From: Lepidodermella squamata
Taxonomy: Eukaryota; Animalia; Gastrotricha
Assembly (NCBI GenBank): GCA_047495785.1
Contig: JBLDXI010000021.1
Location: 992,001-1,056,000 of the forward strand
DNA: 64,000 nt
Direction of reading: 5' to 3'
The notes beneath the pieces are model-generated. The model made no database searches. It was not told where the DNA came from and was given only the letters and a program-made list of their open reading frames with translations. Made by a program: the position numbers and the translations under genes. This document shows, piece after piece, positions 13,901 through 25,869 of this stretch; the first letter of the stretch is position 1, and each line of letters opens with the position of its first letter.

Positions 13901-16900
13901 TCAAGTGATTCTTCAATAGCCTGGGACTCATCGACGAATAAGCGCTACTCCGGAACAGTCATGATGATCATGCGAAAGTCCATTTTGAATCTACCAAATA
14001 CGGACACAAAAGTGTTGAGCACAAATCCGCTTGTATTACTGCACGAGTGCAAACACACGTATCAGCAAATATCGGGGGATAGTTTCCGCCTTAATATAGG
14101 AATGCTAGGCATATACGCTGGGGAGGACCTAGTATGCCAACGTAAGAAACTAGTCCCAGTTTTTTCTCCATATTCCTAAATTTTATGTACTTAAGCTTAT
14201 CCTGAACCGCAAGACTGCTCTTACATGCAATTGAAAGATGACACTTATCAATCAATGACCTATGATTCACTGTATTCAAACGATCTGAACTTTTTCACCG
14301 CCTATTGTGACATGAACACCATGGGTGGAGGTTGGACTGTTATCCAACGACGGATCGACAACTCTCAAAGTTTCCAGCAGGATCTAGATTCCTACGAGTC
14401 CAGTTTCGGAGCGGCTCATGCTAATTTCTGGATTGGGACTAAGGCCATTCGATCCCTGACCCAATCTGCTGATTACGAGTTACTAGTGGAGGTGCGAAAA
14501 GGCGACCTGTACGCCTTTGCTCTATACGATAGCTTCTATACGACTGGAGATACAAATATACTGTCAATTAGCGGCTATCAATCGTGCTCGACAGCCGGCG
14601 ATTCCTTGAGCCAACTCAAATCACAGCCCTTCGTTTTCGATTCATGCGGCCTCGGGTCTTGGTGGTTCAAGTACCAATCTAGCTGCTACCCTCTCCAATC
14701 TTCACTTAATGCCCCTTACAGCGCAAGCTCTTGTGAAAAAGGTATATTCTGGTCGACTTACAATGCTTACCCCTCTTGCTCTCAACTTGATCGGACGGAG
14801 ATGAAAATTCGACGAAAAACTGATCATGGCTACTACATAAAGGTGGCTAACTACTCGTGTGACCAGCCAACTATTGCCACGATCTCTCTCGCGACAGCAA
14901 CCCCGGTTATTGAGTGCCAAAAGGCCTGCACGTCCTATTCTGGAAAGGATGCACCTTGCGTTGTAGCAGTGACGAATCGTGTGGATCAATGCCTTCTCAA
15001 AGCGAAACAGTGCAGTCCGGGCGGATCGAAATCTGGTCAAGTAGACCAGAAGTTCGACACATACTATAGAATGGATAATTGTGACTACATCTCGAACTGT
15101 GGTCCGCCGCCCTCAATGTTCGGAGCCACTTCTCAGATCGTGTCGATGCCCACACAAATGGCCATCAACTACACATGCAGGCCAGGGTTTCAAAACTCGG
15201 CATTCCAAGGTGACTCAACCCTCCTTACCTGCTCCGGGAAGTACTGGAGTGGAAAGTGGCTTGACTGCCGTACCCTTTGCGGTGATCTGCCTTCGATGCC
15301 GAATGCCACGCTTGTCTCGACAACAACGGAAGATGGCGTAATCACGATGGTGTACACTTGCAATGATGAGTTCGACTACATATCAGGCGATTTGACTAGA
15401 ATTTGCGCTAAGCCCTATGGAAACGGCTGGAGAGGCGAGGAAGTTGTCTGCGTTTCAACACGATGCCCTGCGCCGCCTAACCTTTCGCATGGCTGGGCAA
15501 ATTACACGCGACCCCAAGTCATTGCTGATCGAACGAAACGGGGTACAGTGTGGAACTACACGTGTGACAGCGGTTATCTCTTCGGGAGTAATCTTCAGAA
15601 GTCCAGCTTGATACAATGCGGGGATGAACGGAAGTGGGTGCCAACAACACCTGGGACTTGCATTCGTAAGTTTAATCTATAGCCCGTCCCATTTAAGACA
15701 CATTGTCACTCGTTAGTTTTATTAGCCCCTCAACCCTTCAGAAGTTTCTCATGCCTCTAATTAGGGCAAAAGGTGACGACGTAGTTGGTGTAAGCTTTGC
15801 TCTGGCAGCTATAGGTCGAGGTTCCATCGTCGTAGGCGAACTGAAAAACAGGGAGTTAGCGAATATTAAGCTCGATCGAATACTTAAATTCTTACAGAAT
15901 AAGCGGTGGGACAGTTATCCTTGAAGAACTTGGGGTAGTTGGACGGCCAGGTTCTCGGATCGCACGCCTTCTGGTCAGGACTTCCGCACTTGGCGTTCAA
16001 GGGCGAGCAGTTGTAGGTACCACGGCAGCAATACTGGTCAGTGTTGAATTTGGCACAAGCGCTAAGACAGGCGATAACACGTCCATCTTTGCTTGTCATT
16101 TGCAGCTCCTTGGGGCAATTCTTCCTCAGATCGACTGAACAGCCACACCATTGGCACAGGCCGACATTAGCGTCGTAAGTTCCTGTAAAAAAGAGCAGTG
16201 AGGAAAGTGAAAATCGACTGGGTGAAACAAACCTGCGACTGGCTCCATGGAAATCGGGATGGTTGAGCCGTCGACGTAGCTGATGTCGAAGACGTCGAGG
16301 GTGTTCGGGCCCTCGGCGTTGAGTTCAGCCAAAGACGTAACCTCACCAGTCGCTCCGTTGCACTCCTTCATATTACCGCAACGGCCAGTTTCGCAATTCA
16401 AGTTGCCGTTGTTGTCAAGGGTGCAGTTGGTACGGGCCCAGATGCGACCAGACAGGAATCGCCCGCCGAGGTCAAGACAGGTCTTCTCACCAGCCTTCAT
16501 CAACCAACCTCCGTTCTTCGGCTGCGGGTCCTGGCGACGGAAAGCCGCGGCCCAAACCTCGTGTTTGCAGTTGTTGATGACAGTGATACGGTACTGGCTC
16601 GTCGTGACGGGGCACGCGGCAATCGTGGAGGACGGCGGGCGGGGTGTGGTTGTCGGCGGCTTGACAGAGTTGTCGGCGAATCCGCAGATCTGGTCCTGAT
16701 CAGCTACGGCGTTAGCGTTAGCCTTGGTCGCGCCGCCCTTCTTCATCCAGCAGGTTCCACCTTGGTAGTTGTTCCAGGTGTAATGGGTGCAATCCTTGGT
16801 CGTGTAGCAAGTATAGGCGCAGTATTGTTTAGCGCTCTTCGTATTGCTCAGATCATTGCCTGAAAAGTCACAACCCGCTGCGAAATTCCCGGTCCATGTC

Positions 16901-17683
16901 AGACCAGCCGCCTGGGTAGTATGAGCGAAGAGGGCTGTCGCGAAAATAGTTATAATAGAGTGCATTTTTTCAAAGGTCGAGAGAAAAGTCGTGTGAAAAA
17001 TGGTGGGTAATTACTGCGTATTTAAGCCGTTCCGCTTCGTCGGGTAATTCCGACCCCGGGAATGAAAGATATTTGCCCTTCCGGATTTTATTTACTTAAC
17101 GCCATGTCTGCCCATATTCGCGTTTTCGCTGCTAACCGGTGGTTATTCAGCTGCCTTCTGTGCTCTCTAGAAATTTCAGAGATGAAACAAATTATGGTCG
17201 GAGATCATAATGCCCAAAAAGTTGGGTCAATCTAGGTCGCTTCATTCGCTCACGATGAAAATATGTTATTTCATTCCCATTTTTTGTCAGCATTCAGTTG
17301 CACCAAACCGAGCAGTTTTGACAATGTGGCGACAAATCCTACGCTGACAAATGCTTCAAACATTTTTGAATGGGAGTCAAGCATCTACTTCGAGTGTCTT
17401 AGCGAGATGGTTCTGGATCCTCTCGGCTGGGACAGCAATGTCACGATTTCCTGTGTTGGCAATCAAACTTGGCTCATTGTAAACTACGTCGGTCCGGACG
17501 GACCTTCGCCAAAGACGTGGCTTCCAACTAGGTGTACAGGTAACCCAGAAAAGGGAACGGGGATGAGGATGATTAAAATTGAGGTCAACAACGCCATAAA
17601 ATGTGGCACCACTGGTCGTGTAGCTTAATTCAGTTGCGTATTTCTGTTCAGCTTCGCGCGGGGAGCTTTTTAAGGGCGACTGA
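1937..17683 (+). CDS. Giant multi-exon secreted mosaic protein: signal peptide, ~12 EGF, 8 C-type lectin, 3 F5/8C (discoidin), 4 fibrinogen-C, PAN, ~5 sushi/CCP
   Basis: Signal peptide [20 protein letters not shown]. CxNGGxC..CxCxxGWTG repeats at 2030-4377; CTL motifs (WIG, FICE) at 4655-9490; WIQVDF/WYQVNF/WQVDF discoidin motifs at 9600-11360; GGGWTVxQxR..GGWW fibrinogen domains at 11530-14820; CCP repeats at 15100-17540. The splice junctions I checked are in phase. The last exon ([10 protein letters not shown], ~17652-17683) is tentative. Confidence 0.85.
5670..5790 (+). repeat. Coding ACN-rich low-complexity repeat (Thr/Pro mucin-like linker)
   Basis: Encodes [36 protein letters not shown] between lectin domains. 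Confidence 0.9.
6920..7075 (+). repeat. Coding ACT/ACA/ACC repeat (second poly-Thr linker, split by an intron)
   Basis: actactactacaacaaca and accaccacaactact arrays between lectin domains 4 and 5. Confidence 0.85.
15757..16965 (-). CDS. Secreted PAN/Apple + thaumatin-like protein (PR-5 family), 3 exons, nested antisense in intron 15666-17290 of the mosaic gene
   Basis: Signal peptide; PAN_4-type [16 protein letters not shown]...GTCWMK; Pro/Thr linker; thaumatin motifs [34 protein letters not shown]...[12 protein letters not shown]|FAYDD..TYSC...VTFCP*. Two short GT-AG introns. Confidence 0.95.
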
Positions 17684-18039
17684 CCTCCACGTGGTGCTCC
17701 CTGGATCCATTATTTTTATGGAACCAACAAGTCGCCCGCCTTTGATATATTTGACTATTGCAAGCTTTGCCAAAAGCACTGTAAATTGCCAAAAATCAAT
17801 TGGAAAAATTCTCCGAACAACTTTAATATCGCCTTTTATTTCTGAAAACATCTGTAACATAGCTATTTACACGAAGACGGAGTTGTTTTCATGAGTATTA
17901 AAATGAATAAAAAGCGCTCATGAAATGTAAACAATGCATAAGTATAATATTGATAATAATAATAATTTTTTTGTACAAAAATATCGCTTCACATTGCACA
18001 GTATTATAGCGGTGAGTAAAAGTGACAGATATTCGAAAT

Positions 18040-21000
18040 TCAATGAACCGAATCGATTTTACCGTTCCACATGCGGTAGTCGGTTTCAGCCGCGTCAACC
18101 GCCACGCTCGGCATGAACGGCCCGCGATCGCAGCGAGGCGTTTTCGGCGGTGGCTCTAGAATATCAACCGACAAATCAGACTCGGCCATAAATGGCGAGT
18201 TGTTGTTTTCCGTTATCGGTTGTAGCACGTCATCGCCGGCGCTTTGAGATTTCCGATTTCCAACACTATTCGCACCGTTGCTGAGACTGAATGATATGCT
18301 TGTCCTGGTTTCATCCGGATTGCGGCCGCTTTTCAACATCATCGAATCATCCGATGGCTGCTTAGTTATTTGTATCGCCGGGATGGTGGTTAGTAAGGAA
18401 TCAGATTCGCCCCCGGTCGGTCGCCGCTGGTTCGGAATTTTCGAAGCCGCCGTCGCGGTTTCAATCGAGGTCATCGAACTCGAGCTGGCAACTGACCGGC
18501 GAACCATTTTTTTGTAATAACGGCCCATTTTTATATGCTGATAGTAGAACATGAATTTGCTGGTGACGATGGGCAGAACGAAGCCGATGACAAGAATGCC
18601 GCAGGAGGCACACAACGCAGCGATAAAGCAACCTTGGCCGGATTTCGGAGTAATATCACCATAACCTGAAATTTGGCAACAAATTAATTGTTTTCAATTT
18701 TTTCAATTTTATGAAAATTGTCAATATTTTTTTAATTTAATTTTTAATAATTTAATTTTTAACATAAATTAATTCGATTTTTAATTTTAAAAATAAAAAA
18801 TTCCCCTCTCTAATTTTAAATTTTCAAATTTTTAAAAGTTTCACTTACCAACTGTTGTCATTGTAATTGCAGCCCAATAAATAGATATCGGAATCGAAGT
18901 GAACCGATCTCTTGCATCGACGTAGTACATGATGGTGCCGAAAAACAGGATGCCGATGATACATATCGTAAGAAGAGTACTCATTGGGCCAACAATAGCT
19001 CGAGCCGTGTAGTACAGCACATTGAGGCCGTAATTCCATTTGGCGAGGCGGAAAATTCGCAGTAATCGCAACGATCGGAAGACCTCAAGAACCTCCCACA
19101 TCTGTTTTCGACAGAAAAAAGCCAATTAATCGAAAAGAAACCAGAAGAAAATGGGCTAAAAGAGTTGGCATATGAGAAATTTAATGTAACACTTCACGCA
19201 GCAAGCCAACAAAATTGAAGCGAGCAGTATAAAGATTGGAAGCTGAATAATTTTGCGATTGAAATATTGATACAGAAAATAATTAATTAATTTGAAAGAA
19301 CAGTCTTAGGTTCAAGCAGTTAATCAATTCAATACATTCCAGTAGCTATTAATCGCACACGCGTTGAAAAACTGGAATAAAAGCCTTACTTTAGAGCCTA
19401 AGCCATTTTTCTGGATTCAAGTGATAATGAAAAATCATCAGGTGAGGTGAAATAATTATTTTCAACAAAATTAAAACCAAATTATTAATGATGAAAACCA
19501 TCGCCGATTAAAAACCCTCAGAGAAACGATGAAAAAATAATAGCCGATCAATTATCGCGCATACCATAATTTTAGAGAGAAAAATGCGGATGCGATTAAC
19601 ATAAAATTCTGGCGTTTTTTCACATCGAAACGAGAAAATAACAACGACAACGTAAAAATTAATAGTAAGGACAGCGCTTTCTTTCATCAGCGTGCTAATT
19701 ACCTGAAACGAGCGCCTCCAGGTAGGTCCCTGAAAATAATTTTTACCACAGGTGATGAAAATTACGTTGACATCAGTTTCATTCATTCGAACCAAACAAA
19801 TTTAGAAAAAATAATAACAGATTATGCCTGCTATTTTTACCTGATTGTAAGCCATTCGAGTGAGAAGGGAAAAGCACAGTTCGACATAGAACGGAACCAG
19901 CGCCAGGGCGTCGACGAGATTGAGGCGGCTCTTGAAAAATTCCAGCTTATTCGGCGAGACAAAGAACCGAACAAGCAAATCGAGCGTGAAAAACGCCGCC
20001 GCGAAATAGTCAATAAACCACAGCGTTGTCGCGATGTAACACTCCGTCACGGTTGGATTCGGTTCAACTGTGAACGGGCCCCCTTTCGATACAAATCGTT
20101 CAGTTTTCACGTCGTACGAAAGTGGACACGGCGTTTGAGTGACCGGAGGTTCTAATATAGGTTCGGTTAAATTTGTCAAATTTGTCCCATTTGCTAGGGT
20201 TAAATTTTGCGGATTTGCCAATCGATCGCACAGCCGAACGAGGTCACCGAAATGGCGGACGAATTTGTAATTATTAAGGAGGACGTCGATTTGCGGAAGA
20301 GTTTCGATAATAAAGCCAGATATTGAAAGCGCAACCATGATAATTGTTATCCACGAATACGTTGTAGCGAATTTGGACGAGAATGGATTTTCGAGAAAGT
20401 TCCACACCTGCATGCGGAAGGGAACTTTTTTCGGGTTATCCACCGAGCCGAACCCACTGCACGATTGCGTTTCTTCGGCCGGGTCTTTGACGAGTTGCTC
20501 GTACCAAATTTTCATCGCCTCTTTCTGAGCCCGGAATCTGTCGTAGCGTGCGAAGCAACATGGCGCTAACATGTTGGGAAAGACGTTAAGGCGGCGCATT
20601 TCGCGAAGTGATTTTTCGATGCACACTTTTTTAGGCAGGTGCAAATCGCCGGTGCGGAAAAAGTCGAACACTTCCTCGAACACTTCGGCGCTGCAGTCGA
20701 CGAAAAACTGGTCCGATTTTTCGTCGTAACGCACTGTTTGCGGCAGAGTTAGCGCCTTGCGCTTCATTAAATCGCGCATGTGCGGGTTATTGGTGCGGAA
20801 CGTCCGACCGCTCGCCTTTATCTTACACGTTTCGAAAATTGATCCGCCGGCCTAGAATAAAAAAATAACTTTAACAATCTATTAGGCAACAGACGGGACC
20901 TAGCTGGGACAATGTACAATCAAAGCGATGGCTAAATTTTAAGCTGGAAATACCTTGCGCTTTTTTTTCCCAATTAAGCTGGAACTTTTTAATTTAATTA

Positions 21001-21343
21001 ATTTCGAAAGAGTTTTTTAATTTCAAATAAAATATCAATAAGGGCGCACCTGGTTGTTTTGGGACGACTGGGTAGCTCCGGTTCCAGTTCCGGAACTCGC
21101 TTGCCCACTCGTTGACGTAGTCGAAGAGGCCATCGAAGACGAGTGAACGTTCATAGCCGGCGAGCAAAGCAGCGCGGCTGACAGTTCGCCAACCGCTAGT
21201 TGCTGAATCTCAATGGCTCCGAGGGCTCGCGTCGAAAACCGACGCTGATTCCGCTGGGCCATAGCTTCGGCCGCTGTAGCCGCGGCTTGGGATGGACTGC
21301 CGAAGGAATTGCTTTCATCGACAGACGAAGCTAGGTCCTCCAT
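18040..21343 (-). CDS. Voltage-gated K+ channel subunit, Shaw/Kv3-like and divergent
   Basis: T1 domain with HX5CX20CC Zn motif (HLPKKVC...APCC); S1-S3; S4 FRSLRLLRIFRLAK; pore WAAITMTTVG|YGDITP; S6 GILVIGFVLPIV. May start further upstream at 23601. Confidence 0.92.
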
Positions 21344-24300
21344 TTGAGCCGCACCTCGCCGCTCGCGGCGATCCGTCGACCTGGCGATATCCGGTACTGG
21401 GATGTCCTAAAAATCGGTCAAATCGAAAGTTAATTTTCAGAAATCAATTTAGGAAGAAAACTCCAATTTGTATTAATAAAACAGCATAAAAACAGGAATG
21501 TTAATTAATTCTCCGGATGGGTGGTGTTCGGAAACTCCGCAGTGATTCGGCCATTTTCAGGCTAACTTGCCTTATGATCAGGTGCTGACATAAGTTCATC
21601 GAATTCATCGATATCATGACCGCCTCGTCGAAGCATCGACGAAGAGGTAGGCGATATTCCGCCTATGAAACTCATATTATCGTCCTAAAAATGCGTAGAA
21701 TTATCGAAAATATAATTATTAATAACGGTGAGGCTGGTGGATGTAAAACAATGGACGATACATTGAGGGTGCGCAAAATATTTACGGAGTATCTTTTGTA
21801 TCATCCTGTTTTGCGTTTACTGGGGTGTGACCGATCACTGATGCGTTTAACAGATAATATTATTGTCTAATGTTTGTTCTGCGCGACTTTTTTCATTCAT
21901 TAGATCCGGGGAAAAAATGTTTTCGCTATAAGATAATTCGATTACTTGGTGAATAATAATGGTGTGTAATACAGTAGAGAACCGGCGTTATTCATCAGGT
22001 AATTCGAATAAACCTCATTGTTTACATTTAGGATATATTGCTTATAAAATAGGGTGAATCATGCATATAATTTGTGTCCCAATGAAAATTCGCAATCATT
22101 TTTTAAATAATTGACAGAAAAATGAGAGACAGTGAATATAATTAAACGGATGAGCAAGCAAGTAATAACCAGCCCAGAAAATGCATCCACTGTGTTAACA
22201 GCGGGCCAAAAGGTGCGCATTATGTTTTTTTCGTCAGAATGCGCAAAAAGTTGCGCATTTTTAGTGTAGCGCGCGCGGCCGTATATTTAGAAGCCAACTG
22301 CACCTCCTGCGATATCAGTACTTTCGTATATACAATAATTTAACATTATATTAGCTGTTATAGTTATATTATGGCAGTTTTCCTGGCTTGCTATCAACTT
22401 GCAACACTTGCGTGTATTACAGCGAAAACCGTCAGCAGTTTTTTCTGGTTCTAGCGTTCGATGATGTGTTAAAGCGGCGAATGATTTATCGAGAGCGATA
22501 ATAATAATTTTTATAGCGAATCGCTCATGTCTGACGCGTGTTGTACATAGCGGCGGCAGTGGTAATAGTCAACATAGGTTTCACGTTGCATTACACGCGC
22601 GGTGAATTCGAACATTGAGAGATAGAGAGGTACCTAGATAAATATAGATTAGACGCCAAGTTAACCGCGAGCGCGCGCTCGCGCTTTCTCCCCCTATTTA
22701 TAGCCGTGGCGATCAACGCGCCTGCCGCGTTTTCAGCCTCATACATACCTTTGTAGTACATTTTGTTGGCGCAAGTGGCGCGGGTGTGTGCGCGTTTTAA
22801 TAATCGCAATAAAACACGCCGTATTATTGCAGAGCGCGATGGACGTTCAGGCTAGACATCTTGTACTACCGCTTACTATACCTACTACACAGCAAGTTGC
22901 TATAGGCCGTTATTATTAGCCGGCAGAAGAGATGATCGCTGAAGATAGGCCGCCAAAACAGGGGCGTTTCGGTTGAGCGATAACTCGAGCCTTGAAGCCG
23001 TTGGAGAGATAAGCACCCTCGCATCTTTGGACCAGGCGGCCTATTATATTCGGATATTCTATGTCTCTTTATTTTACCACTTTATCTGTTCAAACAGCTA
23101 TCAAAATAGGATGTAAACAAAAACAGAGCTGCTATATACCTATCATTATTACTACTACATGATTGTTATTAACATCGAACAAGCGTGAAAGCGCGAAATT
23201 AGAGAGGCCGTTTCGGTTGAGACGTTTCACCGAATTTCATTGGAAACTTTATAACAATTCTTTGATCAGAATAATCATTGACTCCAAAAAAAAATTGGGC
23301 GCAGTTTGATTCCTAAGCTTTAGTAATTGGGAATTCAAGTTTTGTCGAATTTTCTTTCACTCAAAGTTATTAAATTGGCAATTTTTGCCCTGCTATAAGT
23401 CGAATTCGACGTCAAAATCGATTCTATTAATACGGCTGAGGCGTTTATCTAATTTCCAAAGCCTAAATAGGCATTAAATTGAAATTTTTAATTTTATAGC
23501 CGTAAACGCAACTAAAGGATAAGTGTAGGGTGTTTGCAACTTACGCAATCAGAGTCGGAATCGGATAGGTTTGGCTTGAATTCGAACATCATCGACGTCA
23601 TTGGAGCTCGAAAACTTCAACCGTCGAACAAGATTGAATTGCCAACAGTTCAGCGCTCAAATAAAAGTTCATATAAAGCCCTACAACCGGTAAAATACGT
23701 CATGTAAAACACTTTTTATGGGTGAAAAGGGGAGCCGGAAATGACTTACATCTAAAAATAGGGACAATAATAAAGGAAATCGACAGCTTCAAGAGTCACA
23801 CCAGTTAATTTTGAAAATTTTGTACGTATTTCGATTGATTTTATGCATGCGAATGACCTCTCTTGAGAAAGAAGCCAGACGATGAGATTCTTATCAATAG
23901 AAATCAAAAACGTAGCAATACCTGAATTAATCATCGTATATAACATGACATCGGTTATTAATATTCGTATGAGTTCGACTCGGTAGCTGAACTCAAGTTA
24001 TATTCTTGTTCTACGTGATGAATCCAGTGTATTGGAATCATTAAGTAGGGTATATTACCATACTCAGACCTGGCGCTGCTGACGATGATGATGATGATGG
24101 TATTCATTGGGAGCAGAGGCGCGGTAATTACGTTATTACCCATCATCGACGTCATTAATAGCCCGATCGGTCGTGCTGTTCGGCCGTGGCACATGTGGCA
24201 GCGAGCGCGGGTCGGGCGGGGCCTTTTGCGCAGCACGCGCGTTGAACTGCGCAGCGCGCACCTATATTGCGAACAGTTCGAGGCGCCGCTGCTCGCGCGT

Positions 24301-25869
24301 GTTTGTAAACAATTATCGATATTATTACCCCAGCGTGCTGAACCACTGCAGCTCATTTTTGGCTGCTGGATAACCGTTATTATAAGGCTACCCCCCATTA
24401 ACTCGATGATGACGAACAATAAAGAGGAGAAACAAGATGAAGCCGTTTCATTTCCTTAGGTAAGTATGCGTAATCTCTCACTAGCATCAACAATAAAGCT
24501 TTTAAAAAGCAAAACAAGAATTTTCTTCAGAAAACAACACGAAAAACAACTCCATGTAAACGCGGTATAAGCTCATCGAAACCAAAAATATTGTCGGTAG
24601 CCTCAGAATTTTTTTGAAAAATAATATATAAAAGCGTAAAATATTGCGGGGGAGTTCGGGAGGCGATTCCGCTTAATTTTGAATGTATATTATAATTTTA
24701 GGGGATTAGCTCAAGTTTTTAGACAGCGCAGTTATACTGAAATATATTCTTATTCGCTGGACTACGTCATTCTTGGAATTATAGTTATTCCGCGGAAAAA
24801 TAATTGAGCTATGTAGCTTGTCCTTTTGCCAAAGCAAATAAAAAGCTGAGAATTAATTGTTAAAGCTATTTGCATTTGGCTAGGGAGCAGGATATAGCAA
24901 TTTGCATCTTTGCTTAATTTAATGCATCGCGGAATATTTTTGTTGGCTATCGCTCTTCTTCATCGTAATCCCTCAAGTGGTAACACTCCCACATTTTACA
25001 CTTAACATTGTCCGTGATTTTTGAGGACTGGATATCACGCCAATGTCAGTTGGGACCCACAAAAATCATCAGCTGATTGCATAAATCACATCACTATTTT
25101 CACAGTTTAGGATGCAAAAGTAGTGCGAAGTATATATTATACCATCGCAATAGAAATGAAGAAATTGGTAATTGTCACGCATGATTAACTTTCTCAGCGC
25201 TAGGTTCATTCCCGCTGATGAAGGTAGCGGTTGAGTGAGATCAGGATTGCCGAGACAATAATTAAGCAAGAAGCAACGCCGCAGATGATATGTTTTTTAT
25301 TACCAACATCAACCACTCATCTACAGCCATAAAAATTGTCCGTCTTGCTTACAAGAAATGAAAGATTTATCTCTGTTCGATATTTTAATGTGCTTGGAAA
25401 GAAATAATTCTGGGGGCGGAAGAAAATGCCGATTTTATGGTTTTACACCTGTATGCCATGCAATAATGTTGGAAAATCAGGAAGAAAAGAGTAAGCTGAA
25501 GAATTAGTTGTTTTATGGCTGCATATAAGACCAGTGAATGACTGTCTGCAAAAATGACACCTTGTTGCTAGAAATGGCTTTTTAAATATTACAATGACTC
25601 ATGAAGTTGGACACTTATACACCAACATATAATGCCATTTATTTCAATAAAACGACAAAAAACCCTAATTGACAACTGTAGTTCATGATCTGGAGAATGA
25701 CACTAAAACAATAAAACGTCGATAAAATACTGAAACACTGATTTCATATAATCGAAATCGCGTCAAAAAATCTTGAATATTCGGCGGTTTCGACAAATAA
25801 ATTGATAATATTTTATACTAATAAATTAGTGCGAGTATAATTTTAATGTTGAGTAATTTATCGCAGATT

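Noticed and set aside
16283-16863. + strand ORFs over the thaumatin gene, and the many other antisense ORFs in the track
   Set aside because: Shadow ORFs of real coding exons.
17672-17683. C-terminal KGD integrin-binding-like motif in the mosaic protein
   Set aside because: It depends on a tentative last exon, and a tripeptide match is weak.
23958-24466. ORFs 23958-24419 (-) and 24085-24459 (+), and a ttccttag|gtaagt motif resembling a recursive splice site
   Set aside because: Low-complexity, GC-rich sequence with no domain signal. The motif is on the + strand, where no host gene is evident.
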